A DNA stretch of 63,871 bases, the filler included, from Basidiobolus ranarum (lineage: Eukaryota), in assembly GCA_040143965.1 (NCBI GenBank). It is 44 parts of 44 records of this genome, joined end to end, with 100 filler letters (N's around TTAATTAATTAA, not from the genome) between each part and the next. Parts side by side here need not be neighbours in the genome. Positions count along the whole stretch, not along the records: positions 37,888 to 39,240 come from JASJQH010012317.1; positions 39,341 to 40,693 come from JASJQH010012318.1; positions 40,794 to 42,145 come from JASJQH010012319.1; positions 42,246 to 43,596 come from JASJQH010012320.1; positions 43,697 to 45,047 come from JASJQH010012321.1; positions 45,148 to 46,497 come from JASJQH010012322.1; positions 46,598 to 47,947 come from JASJQH010012323.1; positions 48,048 to 49,397 come from JASJQH010012324.1; 36 more parts are not named here. One strand, written 5' to 3'. Shown piece by piece: positions 38,946-50,460 of this stretch. The notes under the pieces were generated by a model. The model was given only the letters and a program-made list of their open reading frames with translations. It had not been told where the DNA came from and did no database searches. Within the stretch, counting starts at the first letter, position 1; every line of letters begins with the position of its first letter. The translations under genes were made by a program, and so were the position numbers.

Positions 38946-39340
38946 CCAACAGAGATTTGAGAATGGTTATTGTAAGACAATAATTGCAATTTTAATTCAT
39001 TTTGGGTTGACCATTTACTTACTGTCAAAAAATTATCAAGTAAGATTTGATTTTAGTCAATTTTTTCAAATTCAGGAGTGAAATTTAGAGATCTTGCAAA
39101 ATAGTTGCACAAGATGGGCTACAATTTTAGAATACTACGGATCAACTCATTTGTGATAAATGTAACCCAAAATCTACACATTTACCACTTGAATGCTAAT
39201 TTGTCACCTTTGAAATTCCTAGTTTCTTTGATATATTCTCNNNNNNNNNNNNNNNNNNNNNNNNNNNNNNNNNNNNNNNNNNNNTTAATTAATTAANNNN
39301 NNNNNNNNNNNNNNNNNNNNNNNNNNNNNNNNNNNNNNNN

Positions 39341-40291
39341 ATATACAATAGGATACTTTTCTCTTTTGTATGGTCTAGGGTTTTGGACTTTTTGAAACTT
39401 TTCCAGTTCACCGTTCTGGCAAGTAGGGCACAGACTTGAAGTTTTAAACTCGTCAAGGAGGTATAGCTGGAAGCCTTCTTTGACTATCATTTTCTCATTT
39501 TGATGGCTCTATTGGGCTCATGCTACTTTTCATTTCCAGCCGACCAGTTACCAAGTATTATTATAGTATTATTTCCAGACTTATCTCAAAGATACTTGGC
39601 AAGCCATTTGTCTGATTGTAGTTGATTAATGGAACTTGAGAGCTTCATTTTTCTAAAAGGTAACAAACTGCTGGTCTGCCAGACAATCTTTATTTGAGAA
39701 CTATGCTTTCATAACTGGAGTAGCTTTGGTTTTTTCTTGAAGATACTTGGCAAACTTGTTGAAATTAGCATTGCCTAAACACCTATATAGTCATATATAG
39801 CTTAGTACTTAGTTATCTTATATTGAGCTAAGATATTACCCATTATTCTCATGAGGAATTTACTTAGACTATTGACATCAACTTAGAAGTTTGAAGATAT
39901 ATAGAATTTGATAACTTGTGCTAGAAGCCCCAAACTTTGCGCACATGTTCCTGGGACCTTCCTTAACATATTCTACCTGTTAGTCTGTTTACATCTTGAC
40001 AAATCTACAAATGTCAACTTTCTACTCAATAAATCAATATATGAAAACCACCGGTTTCTCTAATTCCCCAAACCACTTCCAACAGGCTCCCAAATACTTT
40101 AACAAAACTTTTCTTTGTTGGCAGTTAAAGATTTAAAATGTGATAGGGAGCACTCATCTCCGATGACTTGGTGTGTCTACAAGTTCTCTCTGAGCTTCCT
40201 GAATTTTCTGTATTTTGCTTCAATTGCTTTTTGGTTGCTTGTATATAAGTAAAACATTGTGTTTTTGGCAATCCTTTCTTGGGGTATACAG
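39341..40291 (-). pseudogene. Fanzor1 (TnpB-like RuvC RNA-guided nuclease) pseudogene, interrupted by a solo LTR
   Basis: Manual translation across stops and frameshifts gives YTSNQKAIEAKYRKFRKLRE...KFAKYLQEK...LPFRKMKLSS.INQLQSD...IILGNWSA...HEP.R...MIVKEGFQLYLLDEFKTSSLCPTC...NPRPYKR. Confidence 0.88.
39757..40104 (+). mobile_element. Copia solo LTR (348 bp) with 5-bp TSD AAACT
   Basis: TGTTGAAA...TTTAACA flanked by AAACT at 39752-39756 and 40105-40109. Confidence 0.95.
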
Positions 40292-40693
40292 TGATGAAAT
40301 TAGCAGAGCCTAAGCATTTATATAGCCATATATACCCTAGTATTTAGTTATTCCATATTTTACCAAGACATCACCCACTACTCTCAATCCAAATTTACTT
40401 GGAATATTTTTACTAACTTGGAATTTTTCAGATATATATATTTTTCAAACTTGTGCTAGATGTTTAAGAATTTGGGAGCCTATTGGAAGTGGTTTAGAGA
40501 ATTAGAGGAATTGGTGGTTTTTGTTGAAATTAGCATTGCCTAAACACCTATATAGTCATATATAGCTTAGTACTTAGTTATCTTATAATTCACTAAGATA
40601 TTATCAATTATTCTCAATCAGAATTTACTTTGAATATTTTTACCAACTTAGAAGTTCTCAGATATATAGATTTTTCAAACTTGTGCTAGAAGC
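40292..40693. mobile_element. Nested copia LTR fragments
   Basis: Homology to the 39757 LTR starting at 40292 and about 40521. Confidence 0.8.
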
Positions 40694-40793
40694 NNNNNNN
40701 NNNNNNNNNNNNNNNNNNNNNNNNNNNNNNNNNNNNNTTAATTAATTAANNNNNNNNNNNNNNNNNNNNNNNNNNNNNNNNNNNNNNNNNNNN

Positions 40794-42145
40794 GAGTAGC
40801 AGAACGTGCAAACAGATCAATAATGGAAAAGGCAAGATCAATGCTTCATGATCAAGATTTACCAAAACAGTTCTGGGCTGAATTGGTTGCAACTGCAGTA
40901 TATATTAGGAATAGATGTCCTTCTAGGTCTCTATTGGCTATGACACCTTATCAAGCTTTGTTTGGAAGTAAACCTGATGTGGCTAATCTCAGAGTTTTTG
41001 GAAGTACTGCATATGAAATGATTCCAGACCAGAAGAGATCAAAATTAGACCAAAAAAGCCAGAAATGTCTTTTTTTGGGATATTGTGATGAAACAAAAGG
41101 GTACAGGCTATATGACACTGAAAATAAGAGGCTAATCAAGTCAAGGGACATGGAATTTGCTGAAGAAGAAAAATTTTCAATCAAAACAATCCAGGATCAA
41201 GAAAAACAACCAAAATTGATGAAAATTCTTCTTTTTTTCACCAGATCATCATCAGTGAGAAAAACGTTGAAAATCTCTCACCTGCAGTGCCCTCAACCAG
41301 GCCTGAGGTGGTTTCATTAACTAAATTGGTACCAAAAGTTGTAGTGCCAATTTCATTTGAAAGCCCTGAGTTCCCTTATTAATCTTTGGTAGGTAGTTTG
41401 ATCTATGCTATGACTAGAGCACAACCAGATATCTTGTATGCAGTGGGAGTAGTCAGCCAACATGTGCAAAATCCAGGATCTGAGCATAATGCAGCAGTTA
41501 AGCAGATTTTCAGATATTTGCAGGGGACAATTGATCTGGGATTAATATACACATACTCTCATGACAATAAGGATCTAATTGGGCTTAGTGATGCAGATTG
41601 GGGACATGATATTGTGGAGAGAAGATCTATCACTGGATATACCTTTCTCTATAGTGAGGCAGCCATATTTTGGAATAACAAGAAACACCCCACGGTAGCA
41701 CTTTTAACAACTGAAGCAGAATATATGGCAAGATCACATACAATAAAGGAGGCTACATGGTTAAGGAAGCTGTTAAAAGACTTGGGCATTATTCAAAGTT
41801 CACCCACCATAATTTTCAAGGATAATCAAAGTTGTATTTCATTAGCAAAAAATCCCAAATTTCATGCTAGAAGTAAGCATGTTGACATTCAACATCACTT
41901 TGTTAGGGATGCTATTGAGAATAAGCACATCCAACTGGAGTACTGTCCAACTGAGGACATGATTGCTGACATCCTTACCACACCATTACCCAAGCCAAAA
42001 TTTTAAGAATTAAGATTTAGGTTAGGATTAAGATATATGAATATTTAGTTGAGTGGGAATTTTGAAGTTTATTGTCTTTATCATATTTGTTATCTCTATC
42101 TTTATACACCTAACTATTTCATATATCACATATGAGTTAGTTAAC
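40794..42145 (+). mobile_element. Internally deleted copia: integrase, end of RT, RNase H, PPT and 3' LTR start
   Basis: GVAERANRSIMEKARSML; the RT core is missing near 41300-41360; DADWG..DNQSCI..ADILT; PPT TTGAGTGGGA. Confidence 0.9.
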
Positions 42146-42245
42146 NNNNNNNNNNNNNNNNNNNNNNNNNNNNNNNNNNNNNNNNNNNNTTAATTAATTA
42201 ANNNNNNNNNNNNNNNNNNNNNNNNNNNNNNNNNNNNNNNNNNNN

Positions 42246-43596
42246 TCCTGGCAAAGTTCCTTGGAATTAGAAAGATTTGTTGCTGGCTCCCATGATTGAT
42301 CATTTGTTGAATATCCTTTCCAGTCCACTAAATATTGCAATTTACGTCGGTAAATTCTGGAATCTAGAATTTTGTTAACTTCATATTCAGGGTGTTCTTC
42401 CACTTGGATTGCTGGTGGTTGGTCAATGGATCGGCCCTGGAAGGTGTTTCTGGCATGTGGCTCTAAGAGAGACACATGGAATACATTGTGGACTTTGAAA
42501 TGGGCTGGGAGTTCAAGGCGGAAGGCTACTGAATTGATTTGCTTAATAATCTTAAAAGGCCCTAGTCTTTTATGATCAAGTTTATCACAAGGTCTAGTGG
42601 TTTTGATATTCTTCCGGAGTAGCCAAACATAATCTCCTGGCTTGAGATCTGGGCTTGGCTTTCTTTTCTTATCAGCAAAGTTCTTGTATTGGGATTGAGC
42701 ATGCTCGAACTTAGATATTGGACTTGTTCTCTGTGATAGTGCCAGATTGTGCTATATATATCATATCGGATAAAGTATTCTAAAATTTATGCGGCATAAT
42801 TTGGCACTATCCATCACCCTCTGGCATGATCAATTTCAATTACATTTACTTTAATATATTGATCCAAGGTCTGATAAATCATGGCAAAATGGAACAAGTC
42901 CATTAATTGTTTATGGATGTCCTTAAGGTAAGTGGCATGGTCTGAGGCAGCAGGGCAAGGTAGATTTGATGGTGGGTGAATTGTGAAACAAGGATGGAAT
43001 CCATAATTTGCAAAGAAGGGAGTTTGTTTTGTTGAGATATAATAACAGTTGTTGTAAGCAAATTCAGCAAGAGGCAAGAGTTGTGTTTAATTATCCTGAT
43101 TATAGTTGATAGTGCATCGCAAATATTGTTCCAAAACTTGATTGACTCTTTCTGTTTGGCTATCAGATTGGGGATGGAAGGCAGTGGAGAGATTGGCTGA
43201 GATACCCAAGGTATGGAGGAGGCTTTTCCAGAATTTGGAAGCAAACTGAGATCCTTGGTCAGAGATGATGGTTTCAGGGAGTCCATGTAGGTGGAAGATG
43301 TTTTGAGTTACCAATTCTGCTGTTTGTTTTGCATCAATTGACTTGTTGCAGGGCACAAAGTGGGCCATCTTTGTTAGACGGTCAACAATTACCAGAATTG
43401 AATCATATTTGGCAGACAAGGGTAGATCAGTTGTGAAATCCAGGGATATGGATTTCCACTGCTGATCAGGAATTGGAAGAGGCTGTAGGAGGCCATAGGG
43501 CTGATGTCTTGGAGTCTTCACTTGAGCACAAGTATCACAGGTCAAAACATAAGTCTTGACAAATGCAAACATTTTGGGCCACCAATAATCCCTTGA
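42246..43596 (-). pseudogene. Ty3/gypsy chromovirus integrase and chromodomain
   Basis: WKSISLDF..VDRLTKMAHF..HPQSDSQTERVN; LGPF; EYEVNKILDSR..QYLVDWKGY..SWEP. Confidence 0.95.
42720..42901. mobile_element. 182-bp MITE, TIR GGACTTGTTC/GAACAAGTCC, 3-bp TSD ATT
   Basis: The empty site AGATATTAATTG is present in the paralogous gypsy copy near 52140. Confidence 0.9.
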
Positions 43597-43696
43597 NNNN
43601 NNNNNNNNNNNNNNNNNNNNNNNNNNNNNNNNNNNNNNNNTTAATTAATTAANNNNNNNNNNNNNNNNNNNNNNNNNNNNNNNNNNNNNNNNNNNN

Positions 43697-44731
43697 GTGA
43701 GGTGTTCAAAGGGTGCAACAACTATGGTTGATTAACTCTGGGATGTACTGTAAAATGAGCCTGTCTGTTGCCTCTTGGGTCTTTGTGAAAGGGAATCAAG
43801 CCTCTAGAAATGTCTAAGGACTGATAAGCCACAATGCAATATCCAGCTTTCTGTTGAATAATATGCTGGTGCCTGACAAAAGAATATAGTGTCCTCAAAG
43901 TCCTTTGAGAATGATCAGATAAACAGGGTACATCTAAGCAAAAACAACTGTAAACTCAGCCAGCAGGATTTTGAACAAGGATGCACTAGTAGTGACTTAT
44001 CCAAGGATGTGAAAAGTTCCTTGCCTACGCAGACAAAGCTAGGGAAAAAATATAAAGTATCAGAAATATAACACCTACCAGTCAGTACTTCCTTTGAGCC
44101 AGTCAAGTGTTTTCTAGTACACAGTAGCCTCTAACTGCCTCTAGTAGTCTCTCTTGAGCTTCCTCTTCAAAGGTCTTGTAAGCGGTGATGAAAATCAGGG
44201 GTTATTATAAGTAGTATATGTTAGTTGAAAACCAGGATGATTTTTATTTGGAAAGATATGGCTCTAATTTATACTTTTCTGGTGGTAGATATGAAGAATA
44301 ACAAGAATTTCCAGAAAGTTCCAGAGAATTCTATTGGTGGGGATCTGGGGTTATGATATCATCATAAATCATAAGAATAGTAATCCATGGAATGTTCCGG
44401 AGGTTTGTAGAATAATCCAGAAAGTCATAGTATGTTCCAGCAACATCAAGTTTTGATTGTTCAAATCTCAATCAATCAGCATATATTCCAAGAATCTTGT
44501 TGAATGTTCCAAAAGGTTGTGGAATTTTCCAGAAAAGAATAGAGCTAATGTGGGTTAATACTGATAGATCTGAAATAATAGGGGATAATACTAATACTGT
44601 GATATGAATGGTTAGAAAGGATGGGTAAGTCAAATATGGATAATAAAACAGAAATTGTGCAATAGTAATGATACGAGCTTGGAGTGGAAATTATTCAACC
44701 TGCCAGTGGGTAGCATTGCTGCCCCACTACA
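43697..44731 (-). mobile_element. Long LTR (about 1.1 kb) of the Lys-primed gypsy, next to CMC terminus B (44732-44868)
   Basis: Start matches 30349-30518; ends CCCCACTACA, the inverse of TGTAG. Confidence 0.75.
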
Positions 44732-45147
44732 CCATCAAGAAACAACTGTTGCACCATCCAAATCCCTGGCAGAATGCAAGCCATCAATATTGTGATGGTT
44801 CTCTGATGGTTTTGCTCTTTTGGAGGGTGGATCCAATCCGGATCAAATCAATTTTATTTTTGTTAGGGTAACATACAACATCTTGCTTTAGATTTTGTCA
44901 AATCAATGGAATTTACTCTATCAGGCATACACATTACTACTATCCAAATACCACACTACACTCCATGATTTTACCATCAAGAGCCCAGTCAGATTTCAAT
45001 TTGATCACCAATAGGAAGCCAATTTTGATTTAGATTTTGAATGCTTTNNNNNNNNNNNNNNNNNNNNNNNNNNNNNNNNNNNNNNNNNNNNTTAATTAAT
45101 TAANNNNNNNNNNNNNNNNNNNNNNNNNNNNNNNNNNNNNNNNNNNN

Positions 45148-45802
45148 TGCACAAACACCCCAAAGCACCCTCAGTAGTGTCACACTACGAGGATGTACCA
45201 AAATAGTCAAAGTGCTTGAGGAGTAATTACAAAAGTATGAAGGGAAAAACGCAGTGCAAGTGTGCATAAAATGGATTCAGAAGAAGAACATTCAACTTGA
45301 CATTCAGTCTGGTGTTGACCATGCAGATATCTGGGAAGAACTTAATACCAAGTGGCACAATATTGAAGGGTATCCACCAGATAGCCAGAAGAATGTTGAT
45401 TCAGCAACATTAATAAAATGGTGGGCTTTGATGGAGATATTGTTACAAATTTGTGTTAGGTATGAGCTAAACCTTGATTATCAAGAACTCTATAAAAATA
45501 TTTGGAGGAATATATCAAAGAGACTAGGGATTCTGAAGATGACAAATTAGCATTCAAGTGGTAATTGTGTAAAATTTGAGTTATGTTTTTTGCACATTTG
45601 TTGATCCATAGTTCTCTGAGTTTGTAGCCAATCATGGGCAACCATTTTGCAAGACATTGAAATTTCACTCCTGAAACTGAAAAAATTGATTAAAATCAAA
45701 TCTAACTTGACAATTTTATGATAGTAAGTAAATGGTCCATCCCAAATGGATTAAAATTGTGATGGTTTTCCAACAATAACAATCCTCAAATTTCTGTTAG
45801 GG
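45148..45802 (+). mobile_element. CMC element ORF2 3' end (stop at 45550) and terminus A
   Basis: DIQSGVDHADIWEELNT..KRLGILK.TN* is conserved in 59633-59917. Confidence 0.8.
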
Positions 45803-46222
45803 ATGTAAGTTCTCCTAATTTGGTCATCTGGAATTGGAATGATAGATCTCTTTTGGTGTTCCTGAGAGCTTCATCATTATTGGTAGCTATAATCAGATGA
45901 TCTACATATAAGGCAAGTATCTCCTTACTGTCCTAATTTGTCTCAAAGTAGATCCCAAAATCAGCCATACTCGTTTGGAAATCAAGTGATTCCAAGTATG
46001 TGTCTATCTTAGTGTACCAGGCCCTGGGTGATTGTTTAAGTCTATAAAGTGACTTTTGTAGCTTACACATGTCCTGAGGATGCTCAGGATTCACAAAACT
46101 ATCTGGTGGAATCATGAATACATCCTCTTCCAAGTCTCCATTTGAAAAGCAGTTTGAACATCCATTTGATGGATTTTTAAGCACCATTTTGCTGCTACTG
46201 CTAGTATGGTTATGATGGTATT
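45803..46222 (-). pseudogene. Copia RT fragment
   Basis: HQMDVQTAF; CKLQKSLYRLKQSPRAW. Confidence 0.88.
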
Positions 46223-46597
46223 TGTCACAATAAGGAACTGGACAAGGAGTGAAAACAACAACAAGAGGCTAGAAGGCAGGAGAGTAGTTGGGTGTAGACC
46301 ACAAGACAAGACTAGACACGACAAGGAAGATACTTTGAAAAGAATCTTTATTGATAACTAGCATTGATCAGACCTCAGTCTGATCAAGGAATACATGGGG
46401 CTTATATAGATATTGCAAGGTGAAACATGACATACTTAATAGGGAAAATACTGTGGCAAGTTCAAGAGTTGGGGTGTTGAGGACTACAAGGACCAATNNN
46501 NNNNNNNNNNNNNNNNNNNNNNNNNNNNNNNNNNNNNNNNNTTAATTAATTAANNNNNNNNNNNNNNNNNNNNNNNNNNNNNNNNNNNNNNNNNNNN

Positions 46598-47947
46598 GAT
46601 GTAAGGATGATGTAAGGGTGATCAGGTGACCTTTCATGGAAGGTCTTGGTGGAAATACACTATGTGTGGGTTGACATGATGGGTTAGGTTTCTTGGAATG
46701 TTCCAAAGAACATGACTTCCATATAAGGTAATCTGGACAAACTAACACAAGATTGTCAAGAAGAGATGGCACAGAATATATGATGTCATAATCTAATAAA
46801 AGAGGAGTTCTATTTGTAGTGGATCAATATACCAAGATCAGAATCATGACAGTATCCCCTTCTTTAGTGATGGCTTCAAGATGTCATAGGGCCAGGTTTT
46901 TCTGGGTAGGCTTCATGAAACTCCTGGCAAAGTTCCTGGGAATTAGAAAGATTTGTTGCTGGCTCCCATGATTGATCATTTGTAGAGTATCCTTTCCAAT
47001 CCACTAAATGTTGAAACTTATGTCAATAAGTTCTGGAATCTAGGATTTTGCTAACTTCATATTCAGGGTGTTCTTCCACTTGGATTGCTAGGGGTGGGTC
47101 AATGGATTGGCCCTGGAAGGTGCTTCTGGCATGTGGCTCTAAGAGAGACACATGAAATACATTGTGGATTTTGAAATGGGCTGGGAGTTCAAGGCAGAAG
47201 GCTACTGATTTCCTTTGCTTATAATCTTAAAAGGCCCTAGTCTTTTATGATCAAGTTTATCACAAGGTCTACTGAATTTGGTATTTTTCCAGAGTAGCCA
47301 AACATAATTGTATTTGGGTGGAAGCTTATGAACCATAGGTTTTGTTGGTTTTAGCTCTTCAGCAATACTGTCAACAAATATTGGCTCTATAGATGGCTTT
47401 AGGATTTGGGTTGGTGATGAGTTGGATACTTTGCAGGTTGGCAAGTATGGACTAGGAGGTGGAATTTGCTTGAACATCATAATCTTCTTCTTCCAATTGA
47501 ATACTGGGTTGTGCTGCATGAGCCATGAGATACCAAGGATGCCTGGGTGGTGAGTTGATGAAATGATATCAAAGGCTATTTCTTCTTGATGAGCAGTGGA
47601 CATGAGTTTCATAATGGTTGCCTCATGTGTTACAGCACCTGATGATAATAGCCTTCCATCAAGTACTTCTACAAGGACTAGACTAGATTTCTTGATTGTT
47701 GGGATAGAGTGGAATTTTACCAAGGCAGAGTCAATAAAACAGGAGGAAGCACCTGAATCAAGAAGTACAGTAATTTTTATTGACTTGGAATTTGGTAGCA
47801 GGAGTGTATTGGCAGCTTTATTGATTCATATGACTGCAGAGATTGCAATGTATGGTGAAGATACATTTTTGAAGATGGTTTGCCCAACTGCATGCCCATT
47901 ATTGCAGCTGGGCATTGAAGTTTTCCAATGGTTGGGAAGAGTTCTCT
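46598..47947 (-). mobile_element. Internally deleted chromovirus: protease joined to GPF/chromodomain, PPT and 3' LTR
   Basis: VLLDSGASSCFID protease motif; junction near 47310; PPT AAAGAAGGGGATAC before TGTCATG. Confidence 0.88.
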
Positions 47948-48047
47948 NNNNNNNNNNNNNNNNNNNNNNNNNNNNNNNNNNNNNNNNNNNNTTAATTAAT
48001 TAANNNNNNNNNNNNNNNNNNNNNNNNNNNNNNNNNNNNNNNNNNNN

Positions 48048-49169
48048 TCTAGAGAGCTGAATATTGCAGGCTTTCAAGGTCTTTCTGATGATAGAAATAG
48101 GAGTCCATGGTACTTGATCCAAATACAGGACAGTCCAAGTTGAGACAGGAGGTAAATTGGCAGGAGGCTTGTAGGTTCTTTTCTGGTGAGGAACAGTAGT
48201 GAGGCTTGACTGGTTTTCAGGTATGGTGGTTTCAGCATTTAGATGTCTAGGGTCCTTCTGAGCATTGGAAGTAGCTTTGGAGGTATTCATAATTCTAGTC
48301 AGGATCTTGCCAGCATAAGTTGCAGGAATACTGGTAGAAGCAGCTACAACCTCAGGCAAGATATCAGCTACCAAGGCAGGAGCAGGTTCCAGGACTGGAG
48401 GGAGAGAAGGAAATTCATGACTTGAAGTGCAACTAACTGGCTGTTGTAGGAGTACACTGGAGTAGCTTTTCTTAGGCTCAAGAGAGGGGGCTGGTACAGG
48501 AATCTTGGGAATATTCAAATTGGTAGAAGCAGAGTGGCAGCTACATTCCTGGGAAGCCTTTTGGAGAGCATCTTGGGCAGCTTTCATGGCAGAGTGTACT
48601 TCATTCTTCAGTCTCTTGCATTGGGCTTCAAGTCTCTTGTTCTCAATTGAAAGAGCAGTATTGTTGCTTTCCAAGCTGGTAAGCCTCTTCTCAATAGCCA
48701 AAAATTTCTGTAGAATGTCCTCATTACTAGAGAAAACTTTGGGTGGAGCAGTGGAGGAAATATCTTCAAGAATCTCAGGGCTCTCAGGTAGCATAGGACT
48801 AACAGATTCAGGCACAAAAGGAGATTTTCTGGTGGATGGGCTAGGTGTATCCAAGGAAACACTGGAAGAGGCTCTTCTTGGGGCAGGGGCTGAAGGGGAA
48901 GCAAGCCTGTTGAGAAACTGGGAAGGAGAGAGCACCTGTGGGGAGGGGGTTCTGAGTTTTCCAAGCATATCTTCCATAAGAGTAATCCCAACATTCTTGG
49001 TACACTTGCAAACAAATGTAAGTTTTCTTAGTTTTCCAGCTCTTCCATTTTTCCTGATAGTCCCTTTGTTTCCACAATTGGGACAAGCAATCTTCTTTGC
49101 AGACTTGTCAAAGCAATCCAGAGTCTTTCTCTCAGGTGTAGTAGGATCCTGCTTAGGTTTTGGTGGCAT
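48048..49169 (-). CDS. Probable non-LTR retrotransposon ORF1-like protein (N-terminal Zn ribbon, coiled coil, P/S-rich), 3'-truncated
   Basis: Open frame over 370 codons; CPNC..CKC; heptad region LAIEKRLTSLESNNTALSIENKRL; TE-like lack of CpG. Confidence 0.55.
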
Positions 49170-49497
49170 TTCCAGAGTTTCAGAGCAAAATTTCAATTTT
49201 TGATGGTTTTGGTCAATTTTGTGATTTGCGATATGAAAATTAGGGTTAGGGTTGCGCGATGTGACTGCTTTTTACGATTTCAATCAGAGGGCCTAGGAAA
49301 AAATAAAAAAAGTTAGTAAAGGTTATTTAATGGATGGATGGATGGATTCAGAGTCAGATCTAACTAAAAAATTAAATCAGAGACTGGTTAAAAGAGGNNN
49401 NNNNNNNNNNNNNNNNNNNNNNNNNNNNNNNNNNNNNNNNNTTAATTAATTAANNNNNNNNNNNNNNNNNNNNNNNNNNNNNNNNNNNNNNNNNNNN

Positions 49498-50460
49498 AGC
49501 GTTCAAGTAGTAAATGTGTAAGATTTGAGTTACATTTTTTGCACATGTTTAAATCCAGAGTTCTCTGAGATTGTAGTCAATCATGTGGAACTATTTTGCA
49601 AGATCTTTAAATTTCACTCCTGAAATTGAAAAAGTTGAGTAAAACAAACTCTAACTTGAAAATTTTATGATGGTAATTAGATAGTCAATAGCTGATGGAT
49701 TAATATTATCATTGTTTTCCTACAATAGCAATCCTCAGTTTTCTTTTAGGGTAATCTGATGGTGTTTCTAAGATAGCTGCAAGACAGACTTCTTGGTGAG
49801 ATTGATCAAGATATGTAGTATTGTTGTTTTAGCCATAGGATAATCTATTCCATATATGACACATCTACTTGTGGCAGGACATTTGTTAACTGCAAGTGAG
49901 GGATATTTTGGCTCAATTCTTAATGGAAATTTGCCAAAATCCATGAGCTTAATCTCATTGTGAACAGTAACAAGAGTTTGCTATTTGCCAAGTGTCAGTG
50001 TGATTCAATTTTCAGATGTTTAACCATTTTTCCACTATTAGTATGCTGGTAAAACATATTGATGTTGCACAGTAATGTCTGATCAGTCAAGTATGTGCAT
50101 CTGTAGTGACTAAACACAACAAGATTCTAGTATTTTTTGATTTTCATTATGGCTGGAATACAAAGCCTAAAATGTCTAAATCAAGGCATGCATATTGATT
50201 CAAATTTGTCCAGTAGTAAACCCATTAATTTGTCATTCAAAAATTGAATTTTTCATAAATTGCCAGAAATTAAATAATTCATGTTAAATATGCGGATCAT
50301 TATTTTAACATGTGTGAATACCATAAAATTACCATCAAGAAACTGTAGTCACACCATCAAAATCCCTGGCAGCATGCAAGCCACCAATATTGTGACAGCT
50401 CTCTGATGGTATTGTGATCCAGAAAGGTGGATCAAATTGATAGTGTTTATGTTAGGTTAG
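49498..50460 (+). mobile_element. CMC terminus A abutting the 3' part and degenerate terminus B of another CMC copy
   Basis: TTAGGG end at 49751 followed by sequence homologous to 9537-10110. Confidence 0.8.

Noticed and set aside
39105-39490. Fanzor physically linked to the CMC terminus on the neighbouring contig
   Set aside because: A linker separates them; the carrier transposon cannot be determined from this window
48505-49203. 232-aa plus-strand ORF
   Set aside because: Antisense shadow of the minus-strand ORF with no recognisable motifs
49240-49253. True chromosome telomere
   Set aside because: Only about two TTAGGG units, internal to the contig
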